From the NCBI GenBank assembly GCA_963674705.1, contig OY771506.1:288001-352000 (forward strand): a stretch of 64,000 bases of DNA, read 5' to 3'. The stretch comes from Phycisphaeraceae bacterium (lineage in GTDB: Bacteria; Planctomycetota; Phycisphaerae; Phycisphaerales; Phycisphaeraceae). Under the pieces are notes generated by a model. That model was not told where the DNA came from. It saw nothing but the letters and a program-made list of their open reading frames with translations, and ran no database searches. This document shows, one piece after another, positions 58,790 through 64,000 of the stretch; positions within the stretch are counted from its first letter, which is position 1, and each line of letters opens with the position of its first letter. The position numbers and the translations under genes are program-made.

Positions 58790-60499
58790 ATGCCCGACAT
58801 CGACCCCGCCGACAAATCCATGGACGCCATCGTCGCCCTCTGCAAGCGACGCGGTTTCGTTTACCCGGCCTCCGAAATATACGGCGGGATCAACGGCTTC
58901 TGGGACTACGGTCCGCTCGGTGTCGCACTCAAAAACAACATCCGCGACCACTGGTGGAAACACATGGTCGAGTGCCCCCCCATCGGCCCCGACGGCGAAC
59001 CCGTCGCCATGGTCGGCCTCGACTCCTCCATCATCCAGAACCCACGCACGTGGGAAGCTTCAGGACACGTCGGTGGATTTAACGACCCGATGGTCGACTG
59101 CAAAGAGTGTAAAAGTCGCTTCAGAGCCGATCACTTATACACACAGACTTGGGCTGAGCCAGAGAAATTTGGCGAATACTTCCTAGAAGGCCCAGAAAAC
59201 CCGCAACCCGATCCCTCTTATCTTGCTATTTTGCCTATTGAAAAACGCAAAGAGGTGAGAGACCAGTATGAACTCGAACTTAAACTTCACGCAAAAGATC
59301 GAGGTGAGGTAATCAGACGATTAGTAGTGGCTTCTAGTCTGGAAGAAGCTGAAACTATTGAGCTGACGGGCAAGCATAAGAAACTGGCTGATAAACTCGG
59401 TTTGAAATTGTTCTGGACTGTTCCACTTGCTGAATATGATTATCACGCACCTCGTGGCGAAGGATGTCCAAATTGTGGTGGAGAACTTACGGCACCGAGA
59501 CTCTTCAACCTCATGTTCGAAACCTATGTCGGGGCAATTCGAGACGACGATGCGAAAGCGTATCTGCGTCCGGAAACCGCGCAGGGCATTTTCCTGAATT
59601 ACAAGAACGTGCTGGACACGATGCGCGTTAAAGTCCCGTTCGGTGTGGCGCAGATCGGTAAATCATTCCGTAACGAAGTAACCCCCCGTAACTTCATATT
59701 CCGCAGCCGTGAGTTTGAACAGATGGAGATGGAATGGTTCTGCGCCCCGGATGAGGCTGCCAAGTGGTACGAGTTCTGGAAGATCGAGCGTATGAAGTGG
59801 TGGAAGACACTCGGTATCAGCGACTCGAACCTGCGCTACCGCGACCACGATGATGATGAGTTGGCGCACTACTCGAAGATGTGCGTCGACATCGAATACA
59901 AGTACCCCTTCAGCGCCCCGGGCTACGGCGAACTGGAAGGCGTCGCACACCGCGGCTGCTTCGACCTGACCCAGCACCAGACGCATTCCAAGCAGAAGCT
60001 GGAATACTTCGACCAGGAGCGCCAGGTCAAAGCCAAGGAAGCCGGTGCGAGCAAGGAAGAGATCGACGCGCAGAGCAAGTACATGGCCAACGTCATCGAA
60101 CCCGCCAGCGGCCTGACGCGCGGCGTGCTGGTGCTGCTGTGCGAAGCGTACACGGAAGACCACACCCGCCCGAGTAAGGTGTTCATGAAGTTCAAGCCGA
60201 AGTTCGCGCCGATCAAGGCAGGCATCTTCCCGCTGGTGAATAAGGACGGCATGCCCGAGGTCGCGCAGAAGCTCTACATGCAATTGCGCGAAAAATACAC
60301 CTGCCAGATCGACGCCAAGCAATCGATCGGCAAACGCTACGCACGCATGGACGAAGCAGGGACACCCTTCTGCTTCACCATCGATGGCGACACGCTCAAC
60401 GATCAGACCGTCACCGTCCGCGACCGTGACTCGCAGAGCCAGGAGCGGATCAACATCGACAAGGTTGATGCGTTCTTAACGGAGAAGATCGGACAATAA
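58790..60499 (+). CDS. glyQS: Glycine--tRNA ligase, alpha2 (eukaryote/archaea-like) type
   Basis: KRRGF..SEIYGG, WDYGPLG, WEASGH, YLRPETAQG, GKSFRNE, FRSREFEQME, IGKRYARMDEAGTP. Confidence 0.96.
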   Translation: MPDIDPADKSMDAIVALCKRRGFVYPASEIYGGINGFWDYGPLGVALKNNIRDHWWKHMVECPPIGPDGEPVAMVGLDSSIIQNPRTWEASGHVGGFNDPMVDCKECKSRFRADHLYTQTWAEPEKFGEYFLEGPENPQPDPSYLAILPIEKRKEVRDQYELELKLHAKDRGEVIRRLVVASSLEEAETIELTGKHKKLADKLGLKLFWTVPLAEYDYHAPRGEGCPNCGGELTAPRLFNLMFETYVGAIRDDDAKAYLRPETAQGIFLNYKNVLDTMRVKVPFGVAQIGKSFRNEVTPRNFIFRSREFEQMEMEWFCAPDEAAKWYEFWKIERMKWWKTLGISDSNLRYRDHDDDELAHYSKMCVDIEYKYPFSAPGYGELEGVAHRGCFDLTQHQTHSKQKLEYFDQERQVKAKEAGASKEEIDAQSKYMANVIEPASGLTRGVLVLLCEAYTEDHTRPSKVFMKFKPKFAPIKAGIFPLVNKDGMPEVAQKLYMQLREKYTCQIDAKQSIGKRYARMDEAGTPFCFTIDGDTLNDQTVTVRDRDSQSQERINIDKVDAFLTEKIGQ

Positions 60500-60505
60500 G
60501 TTAAA

Positions 60506-60688
60506 ACCGCGAAGGCGCGAAGAGCGCGAAGAAAATCATTATTTAGCCACCGATAAACACGGATGAACACAGAGACCGATCAATAGCTCGGATCCATCCA
60601 AGCCGACTTCTTTTTCTTATCTGTGTTTATCCGTGTTTATCTGTGGCTAACTTCTTCTCATCCTTCGCGATCTTCGCGCCTTCGCGGT
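60506..60688. repeat. Nested inverted repeat complex (two families)
   Basis: Outer ACCGCGAAGGCGCGAAGA / TCTTCGCGCCTTCGCGGT; inner TTAGCCACCGATAAACACGGAT / ATCCGTGTTTATCTGTGGCTAA. Confidence 0.88.
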
Positions 60689-60696
60689 AAAAGAAT

Positions 60697-61272
60697 ATGC
60701 CCGGCCGTATACAAGCACTACGATCACTGCTGACCGCACATGTCCCCGCTTGCGAGGAGGAAGCGGTGCACCGATCGCGCATGTTGAAACTCGTTGAAGC
60801 AACGGGCGATCCTTTTTCACGCGAGCATTACGAGCCGGGCCACTTCACCGCAAGCGGGTTTGTGTTGTCGCCTGATAGAAAGAGCGTGTTGCTCGTACTG
60901 CACCGCAAACTCAATCGTTGGCTACAACCCGGCGGGCATATCGATCCGGAGGATATCGATGTGTTTGCCGCCGCCTGCCGGGAAGTGACGGAAGAGACAG
61001 GGCTCGTAAATTTACGCGCAGCACAAAACACCGCCACCCTATTCGATGTGGATATCCACCCGATCCCCGCACGCAAAACCGAACCCGCCCACGAGCACTT
61101 CGATGTGCGATTTCTGCTGCATTGCGACAACACCCACATCACACGCAACGACGAAACGCATGACGCCGAATGGGTTTCATTGAATGAGCTAAGCCAACGG
61201 ATGACGGACCCGTGTGAAGCGAGAGTGATCAGGAAGTTAGAGGGTCTGGGGTCTGGTCAGACAGGCATTTAG
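60697..61272 (+). CDS. NUDIX hydrolase
   Basis: GHFTAS, WLQPGGH...AACREVTEETG, HEHFDVRF. Confidence 0.92.
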   Translation: MPGRIQALRSLLTAHVPACEEEAVHRSRMLKLVEATGDPFSREHYEPGHFTASGFVLSPDRKSVLLVLHRKLNRWLQPGGHIDPEDIDVFAAACREVTEETGLVNLRAAQNTATLFDVDIHPIPARKTEPAHEHFDVRFLLHCDNTHITRNDETHDAEWVSLNELSQRMTDPCEARVIRKLEGLGSGQTGI

Positions 61273-61578
61273 TGGATAGGAGATGATATACCCCACGTTT
61301 AGCGGGCGAGTTTACTCGCCCATCCGCAACATTCCATCGAAGATTCCGCATCGAACATTGAACATCACCCCCGATTTCCCTTCCCTTCTCACAACCCCGT
61401 GGTAAAATAAATTTAGAGTTAATTGCCCGGGCGCCTCCCTTCAAGGTGCTGTCATGGAATAGCTCCTTGTCGGGTCACGTCTCGTTTCGGCCGCCCCCGG
61501 AAGTCGCTCCGGGAGCATGTCTTCGTTCACCTCGGTAGTTGTCACATCTCACTCGCTCCATGCAGGAAGGAGACCGCC

Positions 61579-62052
61579 ATGCCCGTTAAGAGATTGCGAG
61601 AGTATTTGGACAGCCACGGCGTGAAGTACGTGGTACTCAGCCATTCGCCCGCCTACACCGCCCAGGAGATCGCGAGGGCCGCGCACGTACCCGGACAGGA
61701 GATGACCAAAACCGTCATGGTCAAACTCGACGGCGAACTGGTCATGATCGCGATGCCCGCGCCGTCCAAAGTGCGTTTCGACATGCTGCGCGAGGCCAGC
61801 GGAGCCGAGGTCGTCGAACTGGCGCGCGAACGTGATTTTGCCGGCCTGTTCCCGGGCTGCGAGCTGGGCGCGATGCCGCCGTTCGGCAACCTGTACGAAG
61901 TCCCGGTGATCGTGGACCACATGCTGGCCGAGGATGAATACATCTGCTTCAACGCCGGCACACACACGGAACTGATCCGCATGTCCTACGCCGACTTCGA
62001 CGCGCTGGTCAAACCCACACTCATGCAGCTGAGCGAACCGCTGATGCTGTAA
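61579..62052 (+). CDS. YbaK/EbsC (ProX-like) aminoacyl-tRNA deacylase family protein
   Basis: AAGGAG RBS; KTVMV, FPGCELGAMPPFG, FNAGTH. Confidence 0.92.
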   Translation: MPVKRLREYLDSHGVKYVVLSHSPAYTAQEIARAAHVPGQEMTKTVMVKLDGELVMIAMPAPSKVRFDMLREASGAEVVELARERDFAGLFPGCELGAMPPFGNLYEVPVIVDHMLAEDEYICFNAGTHTELIRMSYADFDALVKPTLMQLSEPLML

Positions 62053-62087
62053 AAGCTGAGTGAACTGAACGTGTTCATTTAAACCCC

Positions 62088-62233
62088 GTCTTTCATAGCT
62101 GCGATGTTGGGTGCCACACTTTGACTGCGCAGCAGGAAAGTGTGCATCGCAAAAGCACACTTTGCCCTTCGGGTCAAAGTGTGGCACCCGTCAACTGAAA
62201 CCGTCTTTAAATATAGTCTTTCATAGCTGCGAT
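62088..62233. repeat. REPIN-like inverted repeat flanked by an 18-bp direct repeat
   Basis: GGGTGCCACACTTTGAC ... GTCAAAGTGTGGCACCC; GTCTTTCATAGCTGCGAT occurs on both sides. Confidence 0.7.
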
Positions 62234-62268
62234 ACGACGCATCGCAGGCAGATATAGTTCACGTGTTC

Positions 62269-63141
62269 TTACAACCCCAGCCGAGAAAGATTCTCCGGCC
62301 GGCCTCTGACCCCCGGATCAACACGGAACAGCGCCCCCGCATGCGGTCCGCGCTTGTCTTTCTGATCCCCACCGGCGCTGGTGACATACAACTGATCCAG
62401 ATCGGGCCCGCCGAACATCACGCTGGTGGTCAGCGCGGTCGGCAGTTCGATACTCTTCATATGTTCACCCTCGGGCGAAAACCGCATCACCCGGCCGCCT
62501 TCCCACATCGCACACCAGATACACCCTTCGGCATCCACCGTCAGCCCGTCTGGTATCAATGACTTGTCCACTTCAGCGAATGTCCGCCTCGCTGTGATGT
62601 TACCCGTCTGTCGGTCGTAATCGTAGGCATAGATCGAATGCGTTACGGAATCGACGTAATACATCGTCTTGTAATCGAGGCTGAAACCGACGCCGTTCGC
62701 GCAGCCGATCTCCGTCTCGACGACGCGACGTGACCCATCCGTATCAAAAAGAAACAGGCTGCCGAGTTTCTTCGGCTTATCGGGGTTATCCGGATCGGGT
62801 ACGGGCATCGAGCCTGCAAACACACGCCCTTCAGGGTCCGCGCCGACATCATTGAATCGTGACTCACCGGGGATCGGCTCGGTAAATGGCGTTAATTCGC
62901 CATTGCGCCAACGCCAGACTTCACACTCCCAGCCGAAGACAAGCAGCGAACCATCGGGCTGAACGGTCGTCGCGCCGATGTAATCCAGTTTCAACACCTG
63001 TTCATGCGTATCGCTCGCCGGGTCGTAACGGAACAGCCGACCGGTCGTGCTGTCCTGCCAGTAGAGCCTCTGCTCCCCCCCGTGCCAGATCGGCCCCTCC
63101 CCACAGTGGCAGGCATAGTCAGCAATGATGTCAACACTCAT
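62269..63141 (-). CDS. SMP-30/gluconolactonase family protein
   Basis: GEGPIW, RFNDVGADPEG, ANGVGFS, PDGLTVDAEG, FGGPDLDQLYVTSA. Confidence 0.93.
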   Translation of the reverse strand: MSVDIIADYACHCGEGPIWHGGEQRLYWQDSTTGRLFRYDPASDTHEQVLKLDYIGATTVQPDGSLLVFGWECEVWRWRNGELTPFTEPIPGESRFNDVGADPEGRVFAGSMPVPDPDNPDKPKKLGSLFLFDTDGSRRVVETEIGCANGVGFSLDYKTMYYVDSVTHSIYAYDYDRQTGNITARRTFAEVDKSLIPDGLTVDAEGCIWCAMWEGGRVMRFSPEGEHMKSIELPTALTTSVMFGGPDLDQLYVTSAGGDQKDKRGPHAGALFRVDPGVRGRPENLSRLGL

Positions 63142-63161
63142 GTCAGGCTCCAATTTTATTT

Positions 63162-63461
63162 ACCGCGAAGGCGCGAAGAGACGCGAAGTAGTTTAGCCAC
63201 AGATGAACAAGGATACTGGAGTTTCACCCCCTCTCCCCCTGGGAGAGGGCCGGTTGCCTGTAAATGCACGAATGGCGAATATCGAATGTCGAAAGAATGC
63301 CCAATTACCAATGACAAATTTTTGAACGTATATGATTTTGGCATTTGTCATTTGAGCATTCATTCGACATTCGTGCATTCGACATTTTTCTTATCTGTGT
63401 TCATCCGTGTTCATCTGTGGCTAAATAATGCTTTTCTTAGCGCCCTTCGCGCCTTCGCGGT
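63162..63461. repeat. Nested inverted repeat complex (four families)
   Basis: ACCGCGAAGGCGCGAAG outer arms, TTAGCCACAGATGAAC arms, CCCTCTCCC..GGGAGAGGG hairpin, GAATGNC/GNCATTC heptamer tracts. Confidence 0.85.
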
Positions 63462-63464
63462 TCA

Positions 63465-64000
63465 TCACATAAATATCAACACATACCCGATCCCAAATAC
63501 CGCCAGGTCCGCAAACACGTGGCTGACATACCCCGCATAGATATTGCGGTACTTCAGGTAGATCCACGACCAGGTCGCCCCGCCGACAAACACACCGACC
63601 GCGCCGAGCGTCGTCACGCGCCAGTCAAAGTAAGCATTGAGCGCGATGATGTGATGCAACGTGAAGAACAAACCCGATGCAATCACCGCCGGCCAGCGCG
63701 GCATCACTGCTTCACAACGTGTAAAGACAAACCACCGCCAGACGTATTCTTCCAATAACGAATTGATCGTGCACCAGCTAACCGCCAGCAGGATGTACAA
63801 GAGCGGCGAGGTCAGCCCGGCGTCCTTCGCGTTACTGCTCACACGCTGCACATCGATCCAATGCCCGAACAGGAAGTACCCCGCCAGGATCAACGCAAAA
63901 ATAACAACGCCCGTGATCAGCGCGGCCCCCATCCCCTTACCCGTCGGCTTCGGGATCGCCATGCGCTGCTTATCCACGAATAGCAACCACACCACCGGCA
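63465..64000 (-). CDS. CPBP (CAAX protease/Abi) intramembrane metalloprotease, 5' end outside window
   Basis: LEEYVWR, FTLHH, SHVFAD motifs; TM helices. Confidence 0.88.
   Translation of the reverse strand, partial: PVVWLLFVDKQRMAIPKPTGKGMGAALITGVVIFALILAGYFLFGHWIDVQRVSSNAKDAGLTSPLLYILLAVSWCTINSLLEEYVWRWFVFTRCEAVMPRWPAVIASGLFFTLHHIIALNAYFDWRVTTLGAVGVFVGGATWSWIYLKYRNIYAGYVSHVFADLAVFGIGYVLIFM

Noticed and set aside
59138..59464. Intein or intron in GlyRS
   Set aside because: No Cys/Ser start with His-Asn end, no homing endonuclease motif, and the frame is open throughout
61423..61578. N-terminal extension or riboswitch upstream of the YbaK gene
   Set aside because: Strong RBS at ATG 61579; the leader has short hairpins but no RNA family I can recognise
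1..64000. Many short or antisense ORFs in the six-frame track; tRNA/rRNA genes
   Set aside because: Antisense ORFs overlap well-supported genes and are expected at high GC; no tRNA cloverleaf or rRNA signature recognised by eye

Overview
GC-rich (about 60%) bacterial window, most likely Planctomycetota/Phycisphaerae. This is inferred from the PEP-CTERM genes, the ECF sigma/giant anti-sigma pair, the prepilin cluster and the alpha2-type GlyRS. The backbone carries a Wza-like export protein, gpsA, a type IV pilus-like cluster (2x PilZ, pilT, pilC, pilin-like genes), fabF plus a catalytically dead KS paralogue, a beta-CASP hydrolase, membrane glycosyltransferases, a sensor kinase, a KefC-like antiporter, ilvE, truD, an Opu-type ABC transporter, efp, glgP, malQ, an ArsS-like radical SAM enzyme, glyQS and others. 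The most striking region is 3.3-8.6 kb. There, an intact REP-associated HUH (Y1) transposase sits among copies of a 21-bp palindrome (AAACGGGGTCWGACCCYGTTT). Nearly every junction that can be mapped lies 6 nt outside a palindrome arm. The DNA joined at two of those points is AT-rich: a start-less 3' gene tail followed by an intact downstream gene, resembling orphan toxin-immunity cassettes. This is a candidate RAYT/REP-driven gene-capture array. Other highlights are an AT-rich 109-aa insert in the GlyRS zinc domain, heptamer repeat tracts at pilus-operon junctions, nested multi-family intergenic palindromes, and two tiny PEP-CTERM proteins with Asp/Trp/Cys low-complexity repeats. No tRNA, rRNA or CRISPR array was recognised. 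All family calls are from motif recognition by eye, not database searches.
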